From the NCBI GenBank assembly GCA_965218435.1, contig CBDCKW010000005.1, positions 480,001-544,000 of the forward strand: a DNA stretch of 64,000 nucleotides, in the 5' to 3' direction. Position 1 is the stretch's first letter; each line of letters starts with the position of its first letter. This DNA comes from Truepera sp. (GTDB taxonomy: Bacteria > Deinococcota > Deinococci > Deinococcales > Trueperaceae). Position numbers and translations under genes: made by a program. Positions 51,941 to 63,265 of the stretch are shown in pieces. The notes below the pieces were generated by a model, which was given only the letters and a program-made list of their open reading frames with translations, did no database searches and was not told the origin of the DNA.

Positions 51941-53044
51941 GCTTTTTGGGGCCTAAAGAGGCGTACTAGACGGTATAAATACGTTTTTGCTGTGTTCTCG
52001 CTCACTTTGGTTTGCACCATGTCCGGCGCGTCTCTTTTAGGCGCTGCTTGGAATCAGGCTCCGGCGCGTCGGTTTACAGCTTGAGCCTTATCTCGGGGAC
52101 AGTGAGGCAAGCTAACCGCATGTTGCAGGTTTGGCTTTTCTCCTTTCCCTGGGCTTTTGACTTTTTCTGGGAGACAGTGCCGACCAGTGAGCCGTACAAG
52201 CTGTGGCATGATTTTCGCCGGTACACCATGACGATGTGGCTACAAAGACGTTGTAACCTGAGTTATTCATGAAGCATCACCGCAAGCCAGCAAGAGCAGC
52301 GTATAGATGGCGTACTGAGCACGTTGTCGTGCCTATACGGGTATCCAGAAGGCGTTTGGACCGGATACCCGATCTTGATCTCGAGGCGCAGGAACGGGTG
52401 TTAAAGGCTCTTAGGAAAAGCTTGTTAGATGACCCACACAGACCAGTCAACTAGACTCAAGCGGCTCGCGCCCCCTTACCTCGAGGTTTGGGAGCAAGAC
52501 AGCCGTAACCCGGAGCTTTATCACTATGAAGGTGAAACGTTGACGAACGCTGCGCTGCACCGACGTGTGGACAGGTCGCCAGGACTAACGGTAGTCCGTC
52601 TTGACCGATCCGTCATGCCATACAAAGCCGGTAACATAGCACCGAGAAGAGGGTAGAACACGGGCGATGTTAGGACTCGAGTCACGAGCGCCTAGTAGAA
52701 TGGGTTCCCCTAAGCGACCAAAGTTTTTAACCGCTACCACGTCTGTCAACCCCTGCTTTTTGGGTTGACAGACAGCTGCTGCCCAGCGTTCTTGCGCACT
52801 GCTGAGAGACCGTGGACACATGCCGGGGAAGTGAGCGCGGGGTTGGCGAAGCTTCCCCGGCCTGGCCCGCGCCGAGCGGCAATGGATAGATTCGTCATCC
52901 CTTTGTCGATTAGTCGTTTGAGCCTCAAGAGAACCTGGCGTCAAGAGTAACTCTTCTTCAAAATACAAGAAGTTTGATAGTGAAGTATCGTTCGGTACCG
53001 AGACAGCCTATTCCATCCGGCGGGCCTGATTTAACAATTGGTAA

Positions 53045-54016
53045 TCAGTTCAGTTCCCGCCACGCTGTAAGTGCAGCACGCATCCCCTGTACGGCTAAAT
53101 CTGCATAATCGGCGTTACCTTGCCGTAAATCGTGCGCTAGAAAACCCATCATCACAGCGACCTGCTCAATCAGTACCCGCTGGTAAAAATCTTTGGCGAA
53201 CGGGCCCGCGTGGAGGCCGGTGTAAGTCGGCTCGAGCCATGCCAGCAGCGCGTCCGGGTGATACATGTTCAGCACCGCAACGTCCAGCTCACGCGGGCCA
53301 CCCTGACACATTCCAAAGTCGATGATTCCGGTTATTTTTAAGGTGTCGTCTACGAAAATATGATCCATCCCGAGATCGCCATGACAGAGTACCGGAGTGG
53401 GAGCAGCAAGTGTCGGCATCGTCTTAACGATAGCCAGCAACGCGTCTGTCTCGGTTTCGGTCAGCCCGGCACCTTGCTGCAAGACCGGAACGTCCGAGGC
53501 GCGGTCACGAACCATAGCAGCGGCGCGGCTCTGCCAATCGGAATGTTCCCAGCTTTCACCGATGCGCTTGCCCCAACCACCGACTCCGATACCGTGCAGT
53601 AACCCTAAAACCTCGCCCACCGAACTCACCACCTGCTTTTGAGACGTTTCATCAAGCTCAGGCCACATTTCGCCGAGAGGTTTTCCGGGAACAGACGCTA
53701 GTATCATCACCTCGAGCGGTTTTTCAGCTTCCAGCGTTGTTACGGCGTAGACTTCAGGCACCGGTACACCCGCGCGGAGGCACGCCCTCAGCGCCCACGC
53801 TTCGTTGTCAAACATCGCTTCAGAGCGCCGGTTGATACGGACAAAAACGTTTGGTGCCGCCATAAACTCAGCGCGGTAAACCTCGTTAGCGTAGCCTTGA
53901 GTAATGCGCTCGAGGCTTACTACTTCAGCGCCCATCACCTGTTCGGTAAGCGCGACGAGCTGGTCTTTTGGCGCTGCTACAGAGCTATGAAACGCTGTTA
54001 AAAAGTCGTCGGTCAT
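53045..54016 (-). CDS. APH-family phosphotransferase
   Basis: GVPVPEV, LCHGDL and GIIDFG motifs. Confidence 0.85.
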   Translation of the reverse strand: MTDDFLTAFHSSVAAPKDQLVALTEQVMGAEVVSLERITQGYANEVYRAEFMAAPNVFVRINRRSEAMFDNEAWALRACLRAGVPVPEVYAVTTLEAEKPLEVMILASVPGKPLGEMWPELDETSQKQVVSSVGEVLGLLHGIGVGGWGKRIGESWEHSDWQSRAAAMVRDRASDVPVLQQGAGLTETETDALLAIVKTMPTLAAPTPVLCHGDLGMDHIFVDDTLKITGIIDFGMCQGGPRELDVAVLNMYHPDALLAWLEPTYTGLHAGPFAKDFYQRVLIEQVAVMMGFLAHDLRQGNADYADLAVQGMRAALTAWRELN

Positions 54017-54092
54017 CTGTCCTCCAAACTAAGGTAATTACTGTACCAGAGCCGCCAGTGCTTCACGCCGTACCCTTTCGTTAAGGCCAGAC

Positions 54093-54929
54093 CTATCCCT
54101 TTTGTTTTTGCCTGCCGAAGTCGAGGTTCGCGTAGACGCCGTAATGGTCGCTAGGGACCACCTGCAGCTGAGGTGTCGGGTGGGTGCCAAAAATGCCAGC
54201 GTCTGACACGCCAGGGTAGGGCAAGCCTGTGTTGAAAACATCCCGTAAGAGTATCCAGTCAACCCGCATCGGAATCTCGAGCGTCGGCGCGTCCTGCCAG
54301 CGCGGGTTGCGCCAGAAGTCGAGCGTCGGCTCGGGCGATCCGCCGCCCCGCTCGGCGTGGAGACGCGCGAGATCATGCCAGCCAGCGCCGGGTGCTCTAC
54401 TTAATAGCGTCTGCTGGTCTTTCAAGAAGCGGTAGATGCTCGAGTCCAGGGTGGCGTTGAAGTCGCCGCACAGCATCTCATAGCACCCCGCCTCCGAGCG
54501 TGCCTCGATCCAAGCCACGACCTGCGCGATCTGCGCTTCCCTAACGGCGATGTTCTCCCAGTCCAGATGGACGTTTGTGATTGCGACCTCGATGTTGCCG
54601 ACGCTCACACGTGCCCGGAGCCCGCAGTTCACCAGGGCCGGTAACTCGGTGTCCCATCCAGCCTCGACGAAGCGCAGCGGCTGCTTGCTGAGGAACGCCA
54701 AGCCTTCACCCGGATCGTCTGGGTAGAGCCGAGTCTCGACGTAATCGTAACTGCACCGCTTTGCAAGGTAGTTAGCAGCGTCTCGCCCGTCGTGCTCCCC
54801 TACCCGCGCCGCCACCTCTTGCAGGGCAACGACGTCGGCGTCGAGGCGCACGAGTTCCTCGCCCGCTGCGTCCAACCGTTCCAGCCAGCGGACAGGTGCA
54901 TTCCAAAGGTTATAGGTTGCAATTCTCAT
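54093..54929 (-). CDS. Endonuclease/exonuclease/phosphatase family protein
   Basis: ATYNLW, DVVALQEV, GDFN, RVDWI and PSDHYGV motifs. Confidence 0.9.
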   Translation of the reverse strand: MRIATYNLWNAPVRWLERLDAAGEELVRLDADVVALQEVAARVGEHDGRDAANYLAKRCSYDYVETRLYPDDPGEGLAFLSKQPLRFVEAGWDTELPALVNCGLRARVSVGNIEVAITNVHLDWENIAVREAQIAQVVAWIEARSEAGCYEMLCGDFNATLDSSIYRFLKDQQTLLSRAPGAGWHDLARLHAERGGGSPEPTLDFWRNPRWQDAPTLEIPMRVDWILLRDVFNTGLPYPGVSDAGIFGTHPTPQLQVVPSDHYGVYANLDFGRQKQKG

Positions 54930-54938
54930 GGGTCTACC

Positions 54939-55098
54939 GGTTCCGTCAAGTTGTTTGCGAAATCGACTTTCCCGAGAATATCGCCTGTATAAGCCGTACT
55001 CTAAATTGGCTTTCCATCGCTTTTGAGTTGCATACTGATGCGTTTTTTAGCATATAATTGCGCCCAGAGCCGCGAAACCTGAACAACTTGACGGAACG
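54939..55098. mobile_element. IS6-related MITE (~160 bp)
   Basis: IRs GTTCCGTCAAGTTGTT / AACAACTTGACGGAAC; flanking direct repeat (G)GGTCTACC. Confidence 0.8.
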
Positions 55099-55444
55099 GG
55101 GTCTACCTTATACAGGTTATGAAGGTCTCTTGCCCGTTAAGTTCGTAAGCTTCGTCAAAGCGGTTTCTGCTCTCGTTTAGCACGCTTAATTTTTAGGCTG
55201 CACACATCAACTTTAGACTGTTTGGACGTTCGAGAACTCTGCTTACGAATACCTGTTCTTCAAAATAGCTACGCTAATGCACCAGCATCGTAGTACAGAT
55301 TAAGACTTTCAAACTTGTACTATTTTCTACACGAACTCTTACATAACACCGCATATCGATGGGTAGAGGCCGCCCACTCTACAGAATGGTAGAGGAAAGT
55401 AGCAAAGCCCTAGCAGATGTGAGAGCGGCAAGTCTTATGCACGT

Positions 55445-55945
55445 TCAGCCGCGAGAACCTCTCCAGTACAGCACAAGGCCACTACGTCGAGCTGACGGGC
55501 GTTCACTTCGTGCAGCTAAGAGGGTGACACCGGAAAGCACGAGGCACACAGGGGTATAGAAAGACAAGTTCAGCCGGTAAAACCTGGTACCCCTTTCTCC
55601 CGTGAGTGCTTTGCTCACCCCGGATACGCCACGTGTCAGCAGTCCGGCAGAGATTAAGAGGGTACCGAACTGAAGCGTCCAAAAAGGGATGAGGCGTCCG
55701 ATTCGACCCAAACGCTGTACCCGTGCCGTGAGCGTCAACGCACCCAGAAACAAAGCGCTCGCAAGTGGCACCAAAATGCTGGGTGTGAAGACCGGTTTGT
55801 CCGTATCGAGGATGATCTGAGGCAGTTCATCTGCGTTCTTCGCGGGCCAACGTCCACCCGCCGCCCAGTAAAGGTGCAAAGCACCATCGGCGGCCAAGAC
55901 CACCGCAACTAACAAGCCTGCGTGTTGTTTCGTTCGTTCTCGCAT
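55445..55945 (-). CDS. DUF3995-like membrane protein
   Basis: LHLYWAAGGRWP, LLTRG and FYTPVCL motifs. Confidence 0.75.
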   Translation of the reverse strand: MRERTKQHAGLLVAVVLAADGALHLYWAAGGRWPAKNADELPQIILDTDKPVFTPSILVPLASALFLGALTLTARVQRLGRIGRLIPFWTLQFGTLLISAGLLTRGVSGVSKALTGERGTRFYRLNLSFYTPVCLVLSGVTLLAARSERPSARRSGLVLYWRGSRG

Positions 55946-56008
55946 GTTGTCTCCGTTGGGCCGAGTTGCTCTCGGGGTTCAAGGAGCCCGTGCTCTCCGT
56001 TGGAGTGC

Positions 56009-57055
56009 TCAGTGCCCCAAAAAGTCTTCAATGACCGCCGCTACCCGGGCAGGCTGGTCTTCGTGAACGACGTGCCCCGCTCCCTTCACCTCAACGATCC
56101 TGGCCGCAGGGACCAGTTGCCGCCAGCGCTGAAGTTGAGTCGTGGTATCAAGGACGGTATCTTGCATTCCCCAGACGACAAGAGTTGGTACTCTTAAGTT
56201 AGGCAGCCGTCGTTCAGTTTCATTCCAGTCGAGGTTCCGTTCCAGTACCCACTGAGAGATAAGATTGTGGTGGCGGCGGTAGGGAATCCAGGTCTCCCTC
56301 ACCATTTCGTCTGTGACTTCACGGTGGACGAGTACCCTGCTCAGCGAGGATTTGACGTCATCCTCTGAAGAAAAGAGTTTAATGGCAAGTTCTCCGATGA
56401 CCGGCCACTTGGTGAGTTCCCACTTCCACGAGTCAGGAAGGTCCATGCCGGTGCCGTTCAGGGAGACGAGCTTGTCTACGCGACTCGGATGCTTTTCGGC
56501 GAAGTATAGGGCGTACCCGCCTCCCCAAGAGTTTCCGATGAATGTCGCTTTGGGGATGGCTAATTTGTCCATGAAGGCCAGGAGCATCCGGTCGATGGCG
56601 TCCAGGGTGTAGAGCTGGTTGTAGTTCGGGGTGGTGGCAAGAGGCGTCGTGTAACCGTCCCCGGGTGGGTCGAGAACATAAACAGAGTAATTTGGAGCGA
56701 GGGCAGCGGCGAGTTCGCGGAAGCTGTACGTCGATCCGCCCCCGCCTGGGATAAGGATGACAGGTGCGCCTGTACCTACATGAACGTAGTGCAACCGAAA
56801 GTCCTTTAGGTCAACGTAATGGCTCACGCCTTGCTGTCCCAGCTCCGCCAAGTAGGAAGACTGCTGCGTTGTCTCCGCTGGCATGTAAACGTATGCCCCA
56901 TAGAGCATGGTGCCCACGAAAGCTGTCAAGACGAGCAGGAGCACTGTACCGGGCCAGCGCCACCTGCTGTGGTGTTTTCGTGTGGGGCGCTCGGCGTTGG
57001 AGGTGCCCGTGGTGGTACTGCGCGAGGGGGGTAGGGTGTGCTGCGCTTCGCTCAT
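56009..57055 (-). CDS. Alpha/beta hydrolase with N-terminal TM anchor
   Basis: GNSWGG nucleophile elbow, VWGMQD and AGHVVHED motifs. Confidence 0.9.
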   Translation of the reverse strand: MSEAQHTLPPSRSTTTGTSNAERPTRKHHSRWRWPGTVLLLVLTAFVGTMLYGAYVYMPAETTQQSSYLAELGQQGVSHYVDLKDFRLHYVHVGTGAPVILIPGGGGSTYSFRELAAALAPNYSVYVLDPPGDGYTTPLATTPNYNQLYTLDAIDRMLLAFMDKLAIPKATFIGNSWGGGYALYFAEKHPSRVDKLVSLNGTGMDLPDSWKWELTKWPVIGELAIKLFSSEDDVKSSLSRVLVHREVTDEMVRETWIPYRRHHNLISQWVLERNLDWNETERRLPNLRVPTLVVWGMQDTVLDTTTQLQRWRQLVPAARIVEVKGAGHVVHEDQPARVAAVIEDFLGH

Positions 57056-57129
57056 AGTAGGGTGTTCCGTTCTGCATTCTTTTGGATTGCTGTTTGAATA
57101 GAGGGTGTGCTTGGATTGCGGTACGAAAG

Positions 57130-57762
57130 TCAGGGAGTGGGGTTAAGCTTTTTAGCCAGTAGAACTTGCACGACGTGTTGTTTGCGCTGTATAAGGAACG
57201 CTGGATCATGGGTGTCGATTCCGAGGGGTTTAAGGAACGTCGTGGCGTGAGCCAGTGGGAACCAGCACAGCGCAGTCAGATCGATAAGGAACTGTTCGGC
57301 ATTGCCTTGCCAGTGGAGTTCTTTGTGGAGAACGTCGAGGGCGTCCCGAAGAAACTCTAGTAACGCAGGGAGGTCGCCGAGATGCTGACCTCCGTGGAGC
57401 GCCTCCCACTCGGTCATCCGAATGAACATGGGGTTAGTGACGAGGAAGTCGAAGACGCTTTCAATGGCGAACTCGAGCAGGTCTTGGGCGTCCGTGTGGG
57501 GTTGTCGAGCTCGCGCGCGGAGCACCGTGACTAATTCTCGCGACCGCGCGAAGCTGCGCTCGAGAACGGCCTGGTAGAGTCCTTCTTTGGAGCCGAAAAA
57601 ATAGCCTGGCGTACCGCGCGCCACGCTAGCTTTGTCGCAGATAGCTTGCAAGCTGGTAGCGTCGTACCCTTTGTCAGCGAAGAGCACTTCTGCGGCGGTG
57701 AGGATGGCTGTTTTGCTGGCTTCAGCGGCGAGAATCTTGCGTGAGGTGGTGGGTGCGGTCAT
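57130..57762 (-). CDS. TetR-family regulator
   Basis: ILTAAEVLFADKGYDATSL..YFFGSKEGLY. Confidence 0.9.
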   Translation of the reverse strand: MTAPTTSRKILAAEASKTAILTAAEVLFADKGYDATSLQAICDKASVARGTPGYFFGSKEGLYQAVLERSFARSRELVTVLRARARQPHTDAQDLLEFAIESVFDFLVTNPMFIRMTEWEALHGGQHLGDLPALLEFLRDALDVLHKELHWQGNAEQFLIDLTALCWFPLAHATTFLKPLGIDTHDPAFLIQRKQHVVQVLLAKKLNPTP

Positions 57763-58329
57763 GGTTGCTCATTCCTTATCTTAGTAGAGTCTCCATTTAT
57801 ATCTTCGCTGATTGTACAGCATAGGTGGAGTACATTCAAGTCTTGGGCCTCACCGTATAAATCCGGGAGAATTGTACGGTAAGCGCAAACCGACGTATCA
57901 TCACTTTGACGAAATACGTGAGGCACACATTGATACGTTGACGGCAGTTCAAGCGAAGAACCACTACGAGCCGATTAGGAAGACGACGGGGTTTCGCCTT
58001 GAGTTCTCCCTGATTGGGCTTCGCGCTTGACACTGACATCCAGACCGAGCTAGTCAATCAATGGGGGAACTCTCCCGAAAACAACCTTCTTCGGTCATAT
58101 AGTGCGATTTGAACCTGTACTATACAGCCTTAAAGCGATTTTCTTAGCTGGTAGCGAACGATCTTTTTCGGGAAAGTTGCAACCACGATGTAACTCTAGG
58201 GGATGCACAGGAGTGGCTGTGGGCATTTTGAAGGACTACCAGAAAAAGGGTAGACGCTGTTACCGTCGCGTTAGCGTACAGTCCTCCCTGTTTTATACGG
58301 TGAGGCCAGCTATCGCGCTGCGCCCGCCG

Positions 58330-58872
58330 TCACCGCGGCTGGTAGAGGTGAAGCGCAGTGCCGTTCGCGTACGTCGTCGCAGCGAGAACATCGAAGTGCA
58401 GAGCGTCCGGAAGGTCGCGGAACAAGGGCTTGCCGCCGCCATAGGCGACTGGCAGGGTCACGATGGCGTATTCATCGATGAGTCCAGCCCTTGCTAGGGA
58501 CTGGGCAAACTGCGCGCCGCCCCAAGCGATGATTTCCCCGCCAGGCTGGCTCCGTAGGGACGCGATCTCGTCTGCGAGGTCACCACGCGCGATTGAGGAG
58601 TCGGGCCAGCTGACTCCTTCAAGCGTCTTGGAGAACACAACTTTGGGGATTTCGTTCATCGGCGCGGCGTAATCGTCGGTTGAGGTTGGCCAAGTCGATG
58701 CCATCTCTTCATAGGTTACTCGTCCCATGATGTGTGTTCCGGCGCGGCGGATGCGCTCGAGTTTCCAACGCTTCAGTTCGGCCGGTTCGGAGAGCCCGCC
58801 GACGACTAGCTCTGTAGGCGCGACCACGTACCCGTCAAACGACGCGGTCATGATCAGGACCACCTTACGCAT
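58330..58872 (-). CDS. Dihydrofolate reductase / RibD C-terminal family protein
   Basis: SFDGYV, MGRVTYE, PKVVFSKTL and GLIDEY motifs; AGGAGG RBS. Confidence 0.85.
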   Translation of the reverse strand: MRKVVLIMTASFDGYVVAPTELVVGGLSEPAELKRWKLERIRRAGTHIMGRVTYEEMASTWPTSTDDYAAPMNEIPKVVFSKTLEGVSWPDSSIARGDLADEIASLRSQPGGEIIAWGGAQFAQSLARAGLIDEYAIVTLPVAYGGGKPLFRDLPDALHFDVLAATTYANGTALHLYQPR

Positions 58873-59428
58873 GTCTATCCTCCTTGATCCGTCGCACCAC
58901 GCGCAATTTGCGTACGCCGGTGTCCCGATAGTCCACACCTAAAAAGCCTTCTCATGACATGAGCTACCTCCAAGACACAATTTTAGCAAAGTTGTAACTG
59001 TATTGCTTCTCGAATCTTGCGCGTTTATTGTGCCCGGACTTCTTCGGCTACCACGCCGCCTTGCTGCGGCAGCGTTCACCTCTAGCGTGGCGTCATCTTT
59101 CGGGTCGTCGCTCAGTGTTCCGCCTCAGAGAAGTAACTGGTAAAATCCATAGGTAGCCTGAAATATCTATAAGTTGCGGAGACTCCTACTCAATCGGTTC
59201 ACCCTCCACGTCATACGCATTGGCGTGACGCTCAGCTGCGGTAATAGGACGCTATTGGCGAACTCAGGTTAAAAAGATGTTAGTGAAAGTTTAGAAGCAA
59301 ATGCTCGAACGAGACACCCTACACCTCTTGAAACTCAAATCGTAACTTTCTGTTCAAATGTGCCCGCTGGTCGACTTTGTGACAAGTCGCATACAACCCG
59401 ATTTTGCAACTTCTACTTCTGGTTCATC

Positions 59429-59956
59429 CTATGAAGTACGCGAACCGCGAGCGGTAGGAGTATTGTTGAACAAACTCAGATGTGCTTCTGCAACGAATCG
59501 GACGAAAAGGCGAGCGAACTCTTGACGCTCCGCGTCCGGCCAGCTGGCCGTAACCGCCTCGAAGACAGAACGCTGGTAGCTGCTAGCCGCTGAAGCGAGC
59601 GCGCGACCGTCTTGGGTGAGTTCAAGTAAACTGCGACGACCGTCAGCCTGTGAAGCTGCTCGAGCCAGTAGTCCATCTCTAACCGCGTCAGCTATGACAC
59701 GGCTTGCGGTTGATGGGTCAAGCCCGAGGTACTGCGCTACGGTTCCCACCGTTATCTCTTGAGCGGACTCTAGACCTGCCTCTACCGCCTGCACCGCTAG
59801 AATCTGCGACAATTCAACGCCGCTCTCAGTTCGCCCTACTAAACTCTGTGGCAGCGATTGCCTACCGAAGAACCGTCCCAACCTGAACAGCGCTTTACCC
59901 GCTTCACCCGATGGCGATAGAGGGTCAGGCACTCCGGAAATGTTCGCTTGTTTCAT
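59429..59956 (-). CDS. MarR-family regulator
   Basis: LGLDPSTASRVI..DGRRSLLELT. Confidence 0.85.
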   Translation of the reverse strand: MKQANISGVPDPLSPSGEAGKALFRLGRFFGRQSLPQSLVGRTESGVELSQILAVQAVEAGLESAQEITVGTVAQYLGLDPSTASRVIADAVRDGLLARAASQADGRRSLLELTQDGRALASAASSYQRSVFEAVTASWPDAERQEFARLFVRFVAEAHLSLFNNTPTARGSRTS

Positions 59957-60070
59957 CGTTACATTTTACCTCTAGACACATGTCGACCAAAGGTATATGC
60001 TCTACCTAGTTTAATGTGTGTACGATACATACATATTTATATGGCATATAACAATGAGAGGTGACATCTG

Positions 60071-60628
60071 ATGAGTAGTTACGGACATATCTTTGCGATT
60101 TCGACTACAGGCGTGCTGGGCGAGGCGACGCGAGCTCTGAGCACAGCAGCGGGGGCTCTAACGGCAATGGCTAAAAATAAAGCAGCCCTCGAACATCTCG
60201 CGGAAAGTTTGGACAACCCGACGCTCGTCTATCGTCCTTTGGTTGCCGACCCTCACCGAACCGGAGACGTCATAGCCCACTTCAAGCAAGCAATGCACTA
60301 TGCTCCTATTGACCTGGTGCTCGCAAATATACCGCCGAGTGCACACGACAGTAGTTACGCGGTGACCAAGCTACTCGCGGAAATCTCCCCCGACACACGG
60401 ATATTCCACGTCCTCAGCAGTGCCGCTTACGAAGATCCCTTCGACAAGCTCGAGCTGCCCTTGACGCACTTTCGGGAGGTTAATCCCAATTACCACCAGA
60501 TCATTCTTGGCTTCGTCAAAGAGGAAAAGTCACGGCGGGAGCTTTCCAGCACCGAGATCGCGCGCGGTGTCGAACAGGCAGTCGCACAGCCACAACCCTG
60601 TTCGTTAATCGGAACCGTTACAACTTGA
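60071..60628 (+). CDS. Hypothetical Rossmann-like protein
   Basis: TTGVLG start; FHVLSSAA..YHQIILGF..EIARGV; GAGGTG RBS. Confidence 0.6.
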   Translation: MSSYGHIFAISTTGVLGEATRALSTAAGALTAMAKNKAALEHLAESLDNPTLVYRPLVADPHRTGDVIAHFKQAMHYAPIDLVLANIPPSAHDSSYAVTKLLAEISPDTRIFHVLSSAAYEDPFDKLELPLTHFREVNPNYHQIILGFVKEEKSRRELSSTEIARGVEQAVAQPQPCSLIGTVTT

Positions 60629-60747
60629 ACTTGGATCCGTGGGGAACACGTGTCTAAGTGAGCCTCATCAATTCCTTTTATAAGCACCAGGTAAACGTTC
60701 TAAACGTATAAGCTGCCTTCCCACGTCGTCGCCTCGCAAAAGAAAGC

Positions 60748-62313
60748 GTGAACAAAATGACCTCGGATGTAAGCAACTCGACAGAAAACAGCGGCCCGAG
60801 CATGACTCGCTCTCAGCGGCTTTTATCACTCAGCGCACTACTCCTCGCCATGCTGATGGCGTCGCTCGATCAGAACATTGTTGCCACGGCCCTGCCCACT
60901 ATCGTTGGAGAGTTGGGCGGGCTGCGCTACTTCGCCTGGGTCACAACGGCCTACATCCTCGCAGTTAGCATCACCACGCCGCTGTACGGCAAGCTTGGCG
61001 ACCTTTACGGACGTAAACCCCTTTTTCTTTTTGCCCTCGCCGCGTTCCTGCTGGGCTCGGCTCTTTCTGGCGTGGCGCAGTCGATGGGGCAGCTTATCGG
61101 CTTCAGGGTACTGCAAGGGGTTGGCGGTGGCGGGCTTATCATCTCAGCTGCCACAGTCTATGCCGAATTGTTCGAGCCCGAAGACCGCTCCCGATACCAG
61201 GGATGGTTCACCGCCGTGTTCGGCGCTTCTTCGGTGGCGGGGCCGTTGCTGGGCGGCGTCATTACAGATGTTTTAGGTTGGCGCTGGGTGTTCTACTTTA
61301 ACCTCCCATTAGGTGCGCTCGCCTTGGCTATCGCCATAACACAGTTGCGACTTCCCCGTCCTCACGGAAAACCGCGTATCGACATCCTTGGCGCTCTCCT
61401 GCTCGGCGGTTTCGTAACCTGTTTGACGTTACTTACGGGCTGGGCGGGGACGACGTACCCCTGGCGCTCACCTACGATTCTTGGTCTGGCCGCCGCCGCG
61501 CTCGGCCTGTTCATTATCTGGCTAGTGGTCGAGCATTCGACCAAGGATCCGATCATCCCACTCCGGCTCTTCCGTAACCCTTCGCTCAGTGTGGCCAACG
61601 CAGTAACTTTCCTAAGCGGATTTTCGCTCTTCGGAGGCGTCTTCTTCGTGCCGCTGTTTTTGCAGTACGTTACCGGCGTCAGCGCTACCAGCTCCGGGTT
61701 GCTGCTGCTGCCCCTCACAGCGGGTCTCCTGGTAGTATCGCTCACCTCGAGCGTCATCACCCGGGTCGGCGGCCTTAAGTGGTTCGGGGTAGTGGGGATG
61801 GGCTTCGCGCTCGCCGGTATGGCTCTGCTGGCGACGATGACGGTGGACACCGGTCAGCTTACCTCCGGGGCGTATCTGGTGCTACTTGGAATCGGTTTCG
61901 GCCTGACCATGCAGATTTACACTCTGGCCGTGCAGAACAGCGCACCCAGGACGGACATGGGTGCGGCGATCTCGACCTTAACCTTCGCGTGCCAAGTGGG
62001 CGGCGCTCTCGGGGCAGCGGTGTTCGGCGCGATCTTTGGAAACCAGTTAAGTGCTTCTCTTGCTGCGCGCCTCCCTGCCTCGTTCGTCGACCGCTTGCCA
62101 GACGACGGGTCACTCACGCCTGAAGCTTTGGGGAATTTGCCTGTTGCTCTAAAAACTAACACCGTCTCGGCCTATGCGGACGCGCTCACAAGCGTTTACT
62201 TCGTTGCAGCATTGGTACTCGCCGCTGGCTTTGTGGTTTCACTTTTTTTGAGGCGAATACCGCTCAGTTCGACACCCGTTCCAGTATCTGGGCATTCACA
62301 AGTACAAGAATAG
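60748..62313 (+). CDS. MFS drug-efflux transporter, DHA2
   Basis: LDQNIVATALP, GKLGDLYGRK and WRWVFYFNLP motifs. Confidence 0.9.
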   Translation: MNKMTSDVSNSTENSGPSMTRSQRLLSLSALLLAMLMASLDQNIVATALPTIVGELGGLRYFAWVTTAYILAVSITTPLYGKLGDLYGRKPLFLFALAAFLLGSALSGVAQSMGQLIGFRVLQGVGGGGLIISAATVYAELFEPEDRSRYQGWFTAVFGASSVAGPLLGGVITDVLGWRWVFYFNLPLGALALAIAITQLRLPRPHGKPRIDILGALLLGGFVTCLTLLTGWAGTTYPWRSPTILGLAAAALGLFIIWLVVEHSTKDPIIPLRLFRNPSLSVANAVTFLSGFSLFGGVFFVPLFLQYVTGVSATSSGLLLLPLTAGLLVVSLTSSVITRVGGLKWFGVVGMGFALAGMALLATMTVDTGQLTSGAYLVLLGIGFGLTMQIYTLAVQNSAPRTDMGAAISTLTFACQVGGALGAAVFGAIFGNQLSASLAARLPASFVDRLPDDGSLTPEALGNLPVALKTNTVSAYADALTSVYFVAALVLAAGFVVSLFLRRIPLSSTPVPVSGHSQVQE

Positions 62314-62599
62314 GATTTAGACATCAATCATAAAAGGAGTCGCCATTCCTGAGCATGACTTGGGAAACCTCGCTTTACCTTCCACTTTTTTGCTGTATGG
62401 AACCTCGATAACGGCTTCTTTCGCTAATACAGTTTGAACTTCTTAGCGCTAATGCACTTGTCTGTACGGCTTGATTGCCCTGCAGCCCAACAAGCCAGGT
62501 TACGAGAACGTTGCCTAAACCTATTGCTCTTGAAACGTGTTGTGCAAAAGGTTTAGGCAAGGCAATTTGTGCGTCTCTGAGATAATCTAAGTAACATTG

Positions 62600-63195
62600 C
62601 CCAAAAATTCGTTTATGCGACGTCACTTCCTTCGTGAGAGCCATGTCCAAATCCTGTTCCGTTAGTTGTTGTAGCCCAAAACCTGCTCACGCACATGAAT
62701 AAGCATCCACTCGGCCTGCCAGACGCGCCCGCGCTCTAAGCTCGAGCGGACGTGGAGCGCGTAAACCCAACCCAAGCCGATGAGTTCATCCGCGTCAGGG
62801 TGCTGCTGGGGGTCGGTCACCAGCCTCTCCGAAGAGCTGCCGGAAGGTCGAAGCTGTCGCGCGAAAGTCGAGCGGGGCCGGAAGGCAATATCAACCTAGA
62901 GTGTGTCCGCGAGCAGGTAGACGCGGACGCATGATGGACCGCGCCACACGTCGAGGTGATGGACGGTTCCGTGGTCGCGGTACATTGCTTCGGTCAAGTC
63001 GGCCATGACCTCAGACATGTCGGACGGTTCAGCAAGGCCGAGTGCCAGGTCGATATCCGACCACCGGTCTTCCTGTCCGACAGAAGCCGAGCCGACGATA
63101 GCGGCGGCGGTGACGCGGTCATTACCGCGCGCCTTAGAAACGAGAGTCTCGTGCAGCCGTTCTCGCGTTTCGGGTGTGAATATCCGGTCAGCCAT
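62600..63195 (-). pseudogene. Nucleotidyltransferase-domain protein with premature TAG at 62896 and downstream decay
   Basis: VGSASVG.EDRWSDIDL motif; DTL*VDIAF. 3' end approximate. Confidence 0.65.
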
Positions 63196-63265
63196 AGCCA
63201 CTTTGGTAACTGGGCAAGTTTACCAGGTGAACTCGGTGAACGGTTCAGTGCAACGTTTTCGGCGA

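Noticed and set aside
52012..52968. Several short ORFs
   Set aside because: No recognisable motifs or clear RBS; coding status cannot be supported.
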